This document shows, piece after piece, positions 20,592 through 29,645 of a stretch of 51,553 nt of DNA. Origin of the DNA: an uncultured bacterium. GTDB taxonomy: Bacteria; Patescibacteriota; Minisyncoccia; Minisyncoccales; RBG-13-42-11. The notes beneath the pieces are model-generated. The model had not been told where the DNA came from and made no database searches. It worked only from the letters and a program-made list of their open reading frames with translations. The DNA lies in NCBI GenBank assembly GCA_963790795.1, contig CAWBPO010000002.1, positions 1 through 51,553 on the forward strand, in the 5' to 3' direction. The position numbers and the translations under genes were made by a program. Positions within the stretch are counted from its first letter, which is position 1; each line of letters begins with the position of its first letter.

Positions 20592-20894
20592 ATGAAAGAA
20601 CAGTTAGCGTTGAGGCCGACCTTATTTTGGGATGTAAACCATAAAAAGATTGATAAGCAAAAAGACGCTGAGTTTGTCATCGGACGGGTTTTGGATTTCG
20701 GCAATTTAAGAGAGTGGAAAGTTATAAAAGATTTTTATGGTTTAGCCAGGATAAAAAAGACGGTCCTGAGGCATATTTTTTCCGACCCGCGCAGCGCTAA
20801 TTTCTGGGCAATGATATTCGGCATTAATTTAAAAAATTTACAATGCAAGAAGAAGTTCTCACTAAAAACACCAAGAGCGTTCTCAATGCGTTAA
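20592..20894 (+). CDS. DUF6922-like small protein (putative antitoxin)
   Basis: LFWDV...FVIGRVLDFG..EW...FYG pattern; overlaps an AbiEii gene. Confidence 0.75.
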   Translation: MKEQLALRPTLFWDVNHKKIDKQKDAEFVIGRVLDFGNLREWKVIKDFYGLARIKKTVLRHIFSDPRSANFWAMIFGINLKNLQCKKKFSLKTPRAFSMR

Positions 20895-21475
20895 ACGCCT
20901 CCGGTATTGCAAAGAATTTTTATTTGGCGGGCGGAACGGCGCTGGCTCTTTATTTTGGGCATCGTTTTTCTGTTGACCTTGATTGGTTTGCTGAGAAATT
21001 TGATTACAATCTCTCTTTCCGCAGGCAGTTGGAAAAACTTGGAAAACTGGGCGTAGACAGCGAGTCTGAAAAAACTTTTAACGGCACATTGAACAGAGTA
21101 AAAATCAGCTTTTTTGAATATCCATATCCCTTGGTAGCATCAAAGCAACGATACAAAGACAATATTTATCTGGCTGGTATTCCTGATATAGCGGCAATGA
21201 AGATGGAAGCTATCGGCAGGAGAGGTTCTCACAAAGATTTTATTGATATATATTTTCTTTTGCAACATTATTCTTTAGAAGAACTTCTTGGATTTGTGCA
21301 CAAAAAATTTGCCAATATTGAATATAACGAAACTCATCTTTTAAAAGCGCTGACTTATTTTGAAGATGCAAAAGGCTCTATCATGCCGCAACTTATAAAA
21401 CAGGTAAGCTGGCAGAAGATTACAGGCACAATTAGACGCAATGTAGAAGCTTATTTAAAAAACTACGGTAAATAG
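20843..21475 (+). CDS. AbiEii/AbiGii-family nucleotidyltransferase
   Basis: FYLAGGTALALYFGHRFSVDLDWF, DIAAMK..AI.RRG..KDFIDIY. Confidence 0.9.
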   Translation: MQEEVLTKNTKSVLNALNASGIAKNFYLAGGTALALYFGHRFSVDLDWFAEKFDYNLSFRRQLEKLGKLGVDSESEKTFNGTLNRVKISFFEYPYPLVASKQRYKDNIYLAGIPDIAAMKMEAIGRRGSHKDFIDIYFLLQHYSLEELLGFVHKKFANIEYNETHLLKALTYFEDAKGSIMPQLIKQVSWQKITGTIRRNVEAYLKNYGK

Positions 21476-21514
21476 ACGCTATTTTTAAATTAAAAATTAA
21501 AAATTAATAAAAAT

Positions 21515-21826
21515 ATGTTAACTTTTTTCTTCGCCGGCTTTCTGGGCGGCGCAATAAGGGGACTTCTTGGCATTATTAAGTACACTCTTTCTTACAAGGA
21601 CGTGAAAATACGCTGGGGGTATTTTAGTTCCCTGGCTTTTATTTCCGGATTTATCGGACTGATTTCAGCCTGGATAATACAGGAAATGGGCATTGCTTTT
21701 CTTGAGATTAAAGTGCTTTCTCCGGCAATTGCTTTGATTGTTGGGTATGCCGGAGGAGATTTTCTGGAAAATATTTTCAAGGTTATAATCAAAAAACCGA
21801 TTCTTTTCGAACAGAAGGAAGAATAA
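21515..21826 (+). CDS. Small 3-TM glycine-rich membrane protein
   Basis: GFLGGAIRGLLG, SGFIGL, ALIVGYAGGDFLE hydrophobic segments. Confidence 0.75.
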   Translation: MLTFFFAGFLGGAIRGLLGIIKYTLSYKDVKIRWGYFSSLAFISGFIGLISAWIIQEMGIAFLEIKVLSPAIALIVGYAGGDFLENIFKVIIKKPILFEQKEE

Positions 21827-21839
21827 ATTTGTTCGTATT

Positions 21840-21888
21840 TTGATACTTTTTGACACCTATTGACACCCTTTCTTGGGTGTTTTAATAT
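21840..21888 (+). promoter_or_regulatory. Promoter TTGACA-N17-TAATAT with three TTGAYAC direct repeats at 10-bp spacing
   Basis: ttgatac 21840, ttgacac 21850, ttgacac 21860; TAATAT 21883; ATG 7 nt later. Confidence 0.7.
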
Positions 21889-21895
21889 TAAGTAT

Positions 21896-22141
21896 ATGTC
21901 AGAAATTAATCCAAAAGAAGTATATACAACCAAAGAAGCACAGGATTTCTTGAAAGTTAGTTCGAGCACGATTAAACGACTGTTGAAACGGGGAATAATC
22001 AAAGCTTATAAGGTTGGCGGCACTTACCGGATCTGGGGGAGCGAAATTTTAGAATTGGTTTCTCCGAAATTGGAGAAAAAAGTTTACAGAGTTTATAAAA
22101 AGGTCAAAGATAAAACAAGAGAAACCATTGAGAAGTGGTGA
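21896..22141 (+). CDS. Excisionase/MerR-like HTH (HTH_17, BldC-like) DNA-binding protein
   Basis: YTTKEAQDFLKVSSSTIKRLLKRGIIKAYKVGGTYRI. Confidence 0.88.
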   Translation: MSEINPKEVYTTKEAQDFLKVSSSTIKRLLKRGIIKAYKVGGTYRIWGSEILELVSPKLEKKVYRVYKKVKDKTRETIEKW

Positions 22142-22159
22142 TTTTTTATTGCTAATTTT

Positions 22160-22912
22160 ATGAAAAATAATGTTTCAAAAATCGGAATATTGGGTTACGG
22201 AGAAGTGGGCCAAGCAATAGCCGAGTTTTATGGTTTGGCAGGCTCACCACGAGCAAAAATAAAAGATTTAAAGAGAGATGATGGATTGGAAGGAATTGAA
22301 ATTTTGCACATTTGTATTCCCTGGAGCAAGAAGTTTGTCGGAATCGTAAAAAAGGAAATTAAAAAAACAAGACCAAAGCTTACTATAAATCATTCTACCG
22401 TGGCTCCGGGAACGACAAAAAAAATTGCCTTAGGTTTGCCCAAAGGCTGCATGATCGTTCATAGTCCAATTAGGGGCATGCATCCCCGTTTATATAAAGG
22501 GATTAAGCTTTTTGTAAAATATATTGGCGCTGACAGCAAAAAAGCAGGAGAAATGGCCAAAAAGCATTTAGAAAGGTTGGGAATAAAAACAAAAGTTTTT
22601 TACCCTTCCATAACCACTGAAGTTGGAAAGCTTTTAGATACTTCATACTATGCTTTATGTATTGCTTGGCATGGAGAAATGAAAAGAATTTGTGATAAAG
22701 CCAAAATAAAATTTGACGAAGCTGTGGTTGATTTTAACAGAACATACAATGAAGGATACAATAAATTGGGCAAGCTGAACGTTATTAGACCCGTTCTTTA
22801 TCCGCCAAAAGGCGGTATCGGCGGTCATTGCGTTATTTATAATACGAAAATTATTAGCAAATATCTGAAAAGCAAAGCATTTGATCTAATTCTTGAATAT
22901 AAGAAAAAATAA
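22160..22912 (+). CDS. Short UDP-glucose/GDP-mannose dehydrogenase-family protein
   Basis: GILGYGEVG, HSTVAPGTT, HSPIRG, catalytic GGHC; no C-terminal domain. Confidence 0.75.
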   Translation: MKNNVSKIGILGYGEVGQAIAEFYGLAGSPRAKIKDLKRDDGLEGIEILHICIPWSKKFVGIVKKEIKKTRPKLTINHSTVAPGTTKKIALGLPKGCMIVHSPIRGMHPRLYKGIKLFVKYIGADSKKAGEMAKKHLERLGIKTKVFYPSITTEVGKLLDTSYYALCIAWHGEMKRICDKAKIKFDEAVVDFNRTYNEGYNKLGKLNVIRPVLYPPKGGIGGHCVIYNTKIISKYLKSKAFDLILEYKKK

Positions 22913-22914
22913 AG

Positions 22915-24384
22915 ATGAACGCTATTTTGCCAGACATAAAATCAATTTTCTTTCATAATAAAACGACCAAACAAACGATATTTAAAAATAGTTTTTGGTT
23001 GGCAATAAATGAAGGCATAAGTAAGCTGGCAAAGCTGGTTTTGCTTATCTATGTGGCAAGAATATTGGGAGCCACCGATTACGGAAAATTTACTTTCGCT
23101 TTGGCTTTTGTTAGTTTGTTTCTTATATTTTTTGATTTTGGTCTGGCGCAAATTACCACTAGAGAATTTTCCCGCGAAAAAGAGAAAGAAAATGAGTTTC
23201 CCTCTCTCTTTTCTTTGAAGCTTATTCTGGGGTTAGGAACCTTGCCCTTGATATTAATCGTTTCTTTCTTTATTACTCCCAGCCTTTTAATTCAAAAGAT
23301 AATCTGGATTTTAGCTGTTTGCTTTTTCATTGAAGGTCTTTTTGAAATACTTGTTGCTTTTTTCAGGGCTCGTCAAAAAATGGAGTATGAAGCTTTTGTA
23401 AAGACCTTAGAGTCTTTAATACTGGTTGGCGTCGGACTTTTTACCCTGTTTTATTGCCCGTCAATAATCAATTTAAGCTACAGCTATTTGTTCGGTGCCT
23501 TTGTTGCCTTAATTTTTGCTTTAGTTATTTTTCACTTTAAGTTTCAGAGAATCTCTTTCAATTGGAATAAGTCAGTTTGGAAAAAATATTTATATATATC
23601 CTGGCCATTGGGATTGGTGGCAATTTTAAGCACGATTTATAACCAGATTGATTCGGTTATGATGGGCTACTGGGGGATGATTACGGAAACCGGTTGGTAT
23701 AACGCAGCTTACAGGATTGTCTGGCCGACTTTAATCCCGATAAGCCTGATTTCCGTTAGCTTTTTTCCTGTTTTAAGCAGATGTTTCAAAGAGTCAAAAG
23801 AAAAACTCCAGAAAGCCTGGGATTATCAGAATGAAATAATGATTTTCCTGGCAATTCCTTTAACAGTCGGAGGAGTAATTTTAGCTCCGAAAATCATTGA
23901 TTTTATTTACGGTTCAAGTTTTGTCCCTTCAATTTTGGCCTTTCAAATTTTGATAACAACGTCAGGGATTATGTTTCTTTACAACGCTTTTTACCAAGTA
24001 TTGGTGGTAGTTGACCAGCAAAAAAATATTTTTTGGGCAGTTCTGGCAGGAGCAATAATAAACATTATTTTGAATATAATTTTAATTCCGAAGTTCAGCT
24101 TATATGGAGCAGCTGTAGCCACGGTAATCGCTCAAATTTTAGTGTTCTTTTTGCTGTTTAGATTTACTTTGAAATTTACTTCCATTAATCTTTTTACTTC
24201 AAGAACTTTTCTGTTTTTTCTCGGCGTTATTGGTTCCAGCGCAGTGATGTATTTCACGATAATCCAGCAGCAGATTTATAATCTTCATGTTTTGCTTTCC
24301 ATTTTGATCGGCATTGCCGTTTATTCTGCTGCTATTTTCGCCTTTAAATATGTGATAAAATATTTTAGTAGTTTAATTCATTAA
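22915..24384 (+). CDS. wzx: Polysaccharide flippase
   Basis: IFKNSFWL, ARILGATDYG, DFGL, QIDSVMMG, GWYNAAYRI; many TM helices. Confidence 0.9.
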   Translation: MNAILPDIKSIFFHNKTTKQTIFKNSFWLAINEGISKLAKLVLLIYVARILGATDYGKFTFALAFVSLFLIFFDFGLAQITTREFSREKEKENEFPSLFSLKLILGLGTLPLILIVSFFITPSLLIQKIIWILAVCFFIEGLFEILVAFFRARQKMEYEAFVKTLESLILVGVGLFTLFYCPSIINLSYSYLFGAFVALIFALVIFHFKFQRISFNWNKSVWKKYLYISWPLGLVAILSTIYNQIDSVMMGYWGMITETGWYNAAYRIVWPTLIPISLISVSFFPVLSRCFKESKEKLQKAWDYQNEIMIFLAIPLTVGGVILAPKIIDFIYGSSFVPSILAFQILITTSGIMFLYNAFYQVLVVVDQQKNIFWAVLAGAIINIILNIILIPKFSLYGAAVATVIAQILVFFLLFRFTLKFTSINLFTSRTFLFFLGVIGSSAVMYFTIIQQQIYNLHVLLSILIGIAVYSAAIFAFKYVIKYFSSLIH

Positions 24385-24396
24385 ATAAATAAAAAT

Positions 24397-25416
24397 ATGC
24401 AAGAAAACAACTCAATTCAAATAAATAAAGTTTTAATAACCGGCATAGGCGGTTTCGTCGGCAGCCACTTGGCAGATTATATTGTTACTAAGTTTCCTAA
24501 TGTTCAGGTTTTGGGGTTGACGCGCTGGTGGGAGCCGAGAGAAAACATCAAGCAAAGCGCCAATAAGATTAAATTATGTTACGGCGATTTGGTAGATTTA
24601 CCATCACTTGAAACTGTTTTACAGGAACACAGGCCTGACGTAATTTTCCATTTAGCTGCCCAGTCATACGTAGATTTCAGTTTCTGGGCGCCCATTACCA
24701 CTTTGGACACCAATGTGATAGGCACAGCGAATTTATTGGAAACTGTAAAAAAGTTGAAAGCCAGTTCAGGGTACGATCCGATAATCCAAATAGCTAGTTC
24801 TTCAGAATGCTACGGTCAGGTAAAAGAAAATGAAGTTCCGATAAAAGAGACAAATCCTTTCAGGCCGGCTTCTCCATATGCCGTAAGTAAAGTGGCAGAA
24901 GACATGCTGGCTTTTCAGTATTGGTTGTCCTGGAAAGTTAGAACCATCAGGACGAGGATGTTTACCCATACCGGGTCCAGAAGAGGAGAAGTTTTCGTTG
25001 AATCCAATTTTGCCAAACAAATTGCTGCCATCGAAGCAGGATTGCAAGAGCCGGTAGTTAAAGTTGGGAACTTGGACAGTGTGAGAACCTTTTTAGACAT
25101 CAAAGACGCTATCAGAGCTTACTGGCTGTTAATAAACAAATGTTCTCCCGGCGAAGTTTACAATGTCGGCGGAAAAGAGACTATGACCGTGGGCGAAATG
25201 CTGGATAAGCTTTTAAAGCTTTCAACCGTAAAGGATATAAAAGTTGAAGTTGACCCTGTCCGCTTAAGGCCCTCGGATGTTACCTTGCAGATTCCATGCG
25301 TTGATAAGTTCAAGCAGGCAACCGGCTGGGAGCCAGAGATTAAATTCGATCAAACCTTGGAGGATATTCTGAATTATTGGCGGGATTATTACAAAAGAGA
25401 AAAGCAAAATGTCTAA
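24397..25416 (+). CDS. gmd: GDP-mannose/GDP-heptose 4,6-dehydratase family SDR
   Basis: LITGIGGFVGSHL, FHLAAQSYV, ASSSE, SPYAVSK, GNLDSVR. Confidence 0.8.
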   Translation: MQENNSIQINKVLITGIGGFVGSHLADYIVTKFPNVQVLGLTRWWEPRENIKQSANKIKLCYGDLVDLPSLETVLQEHRPDVIFHLAAQSYVDFSFWAPITTLDTNVIGTANLLETVKKLKASSGYDPIIQIASSSECYGQVKENEVPIKETNPFRPASPYAVSKVAEDMLAFQYWLSWKVRTIRTRMFTHTGSRRGEVFVESNFAKQIAAIEAGLQEPVVKVGNLDSVRTFLDIKDAIRAYWLLINKCSPGEVYNVGGKETMTVGEMLDKLLKLSTVKDIKVEVDPVRLRPSDVTLQIPCVDKFKQATGWEPEIKFDQTLEDILNYWRDYYKREKQNV

Positions 25417-26380
25417 GTTGAATTTAGAACTTTATAAAAAGTTATATTTAATCAGGAAAGCTGAGGCAGAGATTCGCAAACATTATCCAGAAGATGAAAT
25501 GAAAACGCCTATGCACATGTCTATGGGAGGCGAAGCTATTTCTGTCGGGGTTTGCCAGGCCCTTAAAAAGAAAGACCAGGTTTTCGGCACTTACCGTTCG
25601 CACGCTCTTTATTTGGCAAAAGCATCGGAAACTGATAAATTTTTTGCTGAAATGTATGGTAAAACAACCGGTGGCGCCAAAGGAAAAGCAGGTTCCATGC
25701 ATTTATCCGCGCCAGAAGATGGAATGATGGGAGCCTTTGCCATTGTCGGGAGTATTATTCCCGTGGCGGTAGGCGCGGCTTTCGCAAATAAAAAAAAGAA
25801 AAACGGCAAGATTGTGGCTGTATTTTTTGGCGATGGCGCCATTGATGAAGGTAATTTTTGGGAAAGCTTGAACGTTGCCTGTTTAATGAAATTACCTGTT
25901 TTGTTTGTTTGCGAAGACAACGGTTTTGCGGTTCATACTCCTGGGTTCATAAGACACGGGTATAAATCTATTACTGACATTGTTTCTAAATTTCACTGCA
26001 AAGTATTTCAGAAATCAACCACAGACGCGGAAGTTATTTATAAATTGAGCCGCAAGGCGATTGGAGCGCTGAAAAAGAGCCAAATGCCTTGCTTTTTACA
26101 CTTAAAATATTATAGGTATTTAGAACACGTTGGGATTAATGAAGATTTTGATGCCGGTTATCGTTCAAAAAAAGAGTTTGAGAAATGGTATAAAAAAGAC
26201 CCTGTGGCTATCCAGAGAAAAAAACTTTTAAAATCGGGCATAAAAGAAAAAAAGATAATAAAATTGGAAAAAGAAATAGATGGCCAGATAAAAACAAGTA
26301 TAATATTGGCCGAAAAAGCGCCCCTTGCTAAGGTTAGTGAGGTTTATAAAGATGTTTTCCATGAACACAGTCAAAAATAG
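25409..26380 (+). CDS. TPP-dependent dehydrogenase E1 alpha-like subunit
   Basis: GSMH, FFGDGA..EG..WESLN, CEDN, YRYLEHVG. Confidence 0.9.
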   Translation: MSKLNLELYKKLYLIRKAEAEIRKHYPEDEMKTPMHMSMGGEAISVGVCQALKKKDQVFGTYRSHALYLAKASETDKFFAEMYGKTTGGAKGKAGSMHLSAPEDGMMGAFAIVGSIIPVAVGAAFANKKKKNGKIVAVFFGDGAIDEGNFWESLNVACLMKLPVLFVCEDNGFAVHTPGFIRHGYKSITDIVSKFHCKVFQKSTTDAEVIYKLSRKAIGALKKSQMPCFLHLKYYRYLEHVGINEDFDAGYRSKKEFEKWYKKDPVAIQRKKLLKSGIKEKKIIKLEKEIDGQIKTSIILAEKAPLAKVSEVYKDVFHEHSQK

Positions 26381-27416
26381 AAAAATCACTTACTGTCAGG
26401 CATTAAATGAAGCGATGACTCAGGAAATGGAAAGAGACCAAAATGTGTTTGTCTATGGGATAGGAGTGTCCGACCATAAAAGAGTTTTTGAAAGCACTGC
26501 TGGATTGGTAGAAAAATTTGGTAAAGAAAGGTGTTTTGATACCCCGCTTTGTGAAGATAGTATGGTTGGTTTTGGATTGGGTGCGGCTCTTAATGGAATG
26601 AAACCAATTAATATTCATATCCGGGTAGATTTTTTGCTTTTAGCAATGAATCAGCTTGTTAATATGGTTTCCAGTTTTCGGTACGGTTCTGGCGGAAAAT
26701 TGAAAGTGCCCTTGGTTATAAGAGCTATTATCGGCAGGGGATGGGGACAGGGTTTTCAGCACAGTAAGAGTGCCTATTCGGTTTTTGCTCATATTCCGGG
26801 ACTAAAGGTTGTTTTGCCTACGACTCCGCGAGATGCTAAAGGACTTCTGATTGCGGCAATCAGAGACGACAACCCGGTAATTTTTATTGAACACAGATGG
26901 CTTTATTGGCAGGAGGGAGAAGTTTTGGAAAAACCTTTTGTCATACCTTTAGGGACGGCAAATGTTTTAAAGGAAGGCAAAGATTTAACAATTGTGGCCA
27001 CTTCTTGGATGAACGTAGAAGCCCTTAAAGCAGCGGAGATTTTAGAAAGAAGAGGTGTAGAAATTGAAATAGTTGATCCGAGAACAATAGCTCCTTTCAA
27101 CGACGAACTTATCATTAAATCCGTAAACAAAACAGGTCGCTGCATTGTAGCGGATAACGACTGGCTGCATTGTGGGTTTAGCGCTGAGGTGGCGGCTAGG
27201 GTTTCGGAGAAGTGTTTTGGCAAATTAAAATATCCGGTTCAAAGAATAGGTTTTATCTCAACTCCTTGTCCTACGGCAAGGCATTTAGAAAACGAATTTT
27301 ATCCTAATGCTGTAAAAATCATAAGAATGGTTGAGAAAATGCTAAAATTGAGCCCAACAGATTTATCTAAAGAAGAATTCTATAGTCATGAGAAAAAGTT
27401 TAAAGGACCGTTTTAA
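26361..27416 (+). CDS. TPP-dependent dehydrogenase E1 beta-like subunit
   Basis: FDTPLCE, GQGFQHS, DAKGLLIAAIRDDNPVIFIEHR; ATG 26361 preferred. Confidence 0.9.
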   Translation: MNTVKNRKITYCQALNEAMTQEMERDQNVFVYGIGVSDHKRVFESTAGLVEKFGKERCFDTPLCEDSMVGFGLGAALNGMKPINIHIRVDFLLLAMNQLVNMVSSFRYGSGGKLKVPLVIRAIIGRGWGQGFQHSKSAYSVFAHIPGLKVVLPTTPRDAKGLLIAAIRDDNPVIFIEHRWLYWQEGEVLEKPFVIPLGTANVLKEGKDLTIVATSWMNVEALKAAEILERRGVEIEIVDPRTIAPFNDELIIKSVNKTGRCIVADNDWLHCGFSAEVAARVSEKCFGKLKYPVQRIGFISTPCPTARHLENEFYPNAVKIIRMVEKMLKLSPTDLSKEEFYSHEKKFKGPF

Positions 27417-27496
27417 TTTTTAAAAACTAGAAGGAAAATCAAGGCTAAAAAAATTTTAAATTGGTTGAAGTTAAGATTTTTATAATTATTTAATTT

Positions 27497-28447
27497 ATGA
27501 AAGAAAAGATTTACAAACTAGTTCTGAATGATTTTGCTAGATTGTTGAGAACAAGTCCTAAAGCAATACCTAGAGAGTGCCGAGATTTAATTAATAAATT
27601 TGATTTTCGCTATAGAAAAATTAACCAGTTACAAAGAAATCAAATTATGTTGTCAGTTTTGAGGCGATTGGATTCTAATGAGTTACCGAAGTCTGGTAAA
27701 CGAAATAAGGCTCGTTGGGAGAAGGGATGGTCGGAAAATCTGAAAGATTTTATTGAACATAACTACAATATAGAAAAACTTGTTCCTCGGTATGTGAGAT
27801 CAAACCAACCAATGAGACTTTACGGAGACTATATTATACCTTTGGACCCCCACTTTGAAATTAACTGGTATACCATTTTTAGGATTTGGTTTTTTTCAGA
27901 ATATCTGAAAGAGGCAGCTGCTATCTATGAATTTGGTTGTGGTTCGGGTTATAATTTGCCTATTCTAGCCAAGTTGTTTCCCGAAAAAGAACTACATGGT
28001 TTAGATTGGGTTGTCGCTTCAAGAAAGATAGTTAACAAACTGGCCCAACGTTATGGTTATAATATGAAAGGTCATTTATTTGACATGTTTTCACCCGACG
28101 AAAAACTCAATTTTAAAGCGAATAGCGCGGTATTAACAATGGGCGGATTGGAACAATTAGGAGAAAATTATAAAAAATTTCTACGATATCTTTTGCAAAA
28201 AAAACCTTTGGTTTATATACACATGGAGCCGTTTATTGAATTATATAATCAGGATTCTTTATTTGATTATCTAGCTATTAAATTTCACAAAAAACGCAGG
28301 TACCTAGGAAATTATTTAGCTAGTTTGAAAAAACTAGAGGCAAAAAATAAAATTAAAATAATTAAAATAAATAGAGTATCATTAGGTAGTTTATATCAAG
28401 AAGGATATTCTTTCGTGGTTTGGAAGCCCATATCCGCAAAAAATTAA
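27497..28447 (+). CDS. Class I SAM-dependent methyltransferase
   Basis: IYEFGCGSGYN, GLDW, LEQL. Confidence 0.75.
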   Translation: MKEKIYKLVLNDFARLLRTSPKAIPRECRDLINKFDFRYRKINQLQRNQIMLSVLRRLDSNELPKSGKRNKARWEKGWSENLKDFIEHNYNIEKLVPRYVRSNQPMRLYGDYIIPLDPHFEINWYTIFRIWFFSEYLKEAAAIYEFGCGSGYNLPILAKLFPEKELHGLDWVVASRKIVNKLAQRYGYNMKGHLFDMFSPDEKLNFKANSAVLTMGGLEQLGENYKKFLRYLLQKKPLVYIHMEPFIELYNQDSLFDYLAIKFHKKRRYLGNYLASLKKLEAKNKIKIIKINRVSLGSLYQEGYSFVVWKPISAKN

Positions 28448-28448
28448 T

Positions 28449-29621
28449 ATGAAATATAAAAAAGTTAACGAAGGATTTTCTAGTGTTCCTTTAATCGGCC
28501 AAGGCACTATGGGGATGGGTGGTTTTTTATCTAAAGATACTACTTACGATTTTGAGAGTGTTAAATCCTTAAGATTGGGCATAGAGATAGGCATGACTTT
28601 TGTTGATACGGCAGAAAGTTACGGGGCTGGACACTCTGAAGAATTGGTTGGTAAGGCAGTAAAAGGAATGAGGAAAAAAGTTTTCATCGCGACAAAATTT
28701 TCTCCTGAAAACAATAATTATAAAAAAGTATTACAGGCAGCTGAAAGGAGCCTCGAAAGATTAAACACAGATTATATCGATCTTTATCAGGTTCATTGGC
28801 CTAATCCTCAAATCCCTATTGAAGAGACAATGGCAGCTATGGAAGATCTCGTTAAACAAGGTAAAGTGAAGTACATTGGAATTAGCAATTTTTCATTAGA
28901 ACAAATGAAGGAGGCCCAAAGATCACTTCGGCAAAATAAGCTTTTTTCAACAGAGATGGAGTATAATCTTTTTGACCGTTTTATTGAAAAAAATATACTC
29001 CCTTATTGTGAAAAAGAAAAAATAATAACTGTAGCCTATAGTCCTTTAGATCAGGGAAGGATTGTCTCTAACGAAGAGAATAAGTTAAAAGTATTACAAT
29101 CCATCGCCAGAAAATACAAAAAGACAGTTTCTCAAATAGTTTTGAATTGGTTGGTTTTACACCCCACCGTTATTGCCATTCCCAAAGCAACCGAAGAAAA
29201 ATATATTAAAGAAAATGCCCTAGCTGCCGATTTTGAGATAAGTAAAGAAGATTTTAATGAAATTGCCAGAATTTATACTAACGAAACAACATATGTACCA
29301 ACAGAAGAAATTAACGTGAGTACGACTGGACAAGGTAATAGGAGAGTTTATCAGACTATAACAGAGGCAATAGAAAATAAACTAAGTTTCGTTCCAAGTC
29401 CTACAAATTTAGCTCAATATATTAAAAATCATTCCGAGGAAGAAATAAAGCCAGTTAGACTGGTTCCTGCCCAAGACAGTAAATTTAAATATGATTTAAT
29501 AGAAGGAAGAGTGCGTTATTGGGCTTGGGTTATTGCTCAGATAAGGGTGAAAAACCCATTCCGGCATATATTAGAGCAAAACTTTAATTTTTTAATAATA
29601 ATTATTAATAAGTCGAATTAA
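28449..29621 (+). CDS. Aldo/keto reductase with C-terminal ParB/Srx-like extension (probable late frameshift at ~29540)
   Basis: DTAESYG.G.SEE, IATK, DYIDLYQVHWP, IGISNF, AYSPL, IPKA; tail YDLIEGRVRYWA. Confidence 0.85.
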   Translation: MKYKKVNEGFSSVPLIGQGTMGMGGFLSKDTTYDFESVKSLRLGIEIGMTFVDTAESYGAGHSEELVGKAVKGMRKKVFIATKFSPENNNYKKVLQAAERSLERLNTDYIDLYQVHWPNPQIPIEETMAAMEDLVKQGKVKYIGISNFSLEQMKEAQRSLRQNKLFSTEMEYNLFDRFIEKNILPYCEKEKIITVAYSPLDQGRIVSNEENKLKVLQSIARKYKKTVSQIVLNWLVLHPTVIAIPKATEEKYIKENALAADFEISKEDFNEIARIYTNETTYVPTEEINVSTTGQGNRRVYQTITEAIENKLSFVPSPTNLAQYIKNHSEEEIKPVRLVPAQDSKFKYDLIEGRVRYWAWVIAQIRVKNPFRHILEQNFNFLIIIINKSN

Positions 29622-29645
29622 AATAATTATTTAATCAAAAAAGCT

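Noticed and set aside
21896..22141. Excisionase suggesting a prophage or ICE boundary
   Set aside because: No integrase, att-like repeat, tRNA or phage genes in the window
25409..27416. Housekeeping pyruvate dehydrogenase
   Set aside because: No E2/E3 alongside, and the genes overlap a nucleotide-sugar dehydratase within a glycan operon
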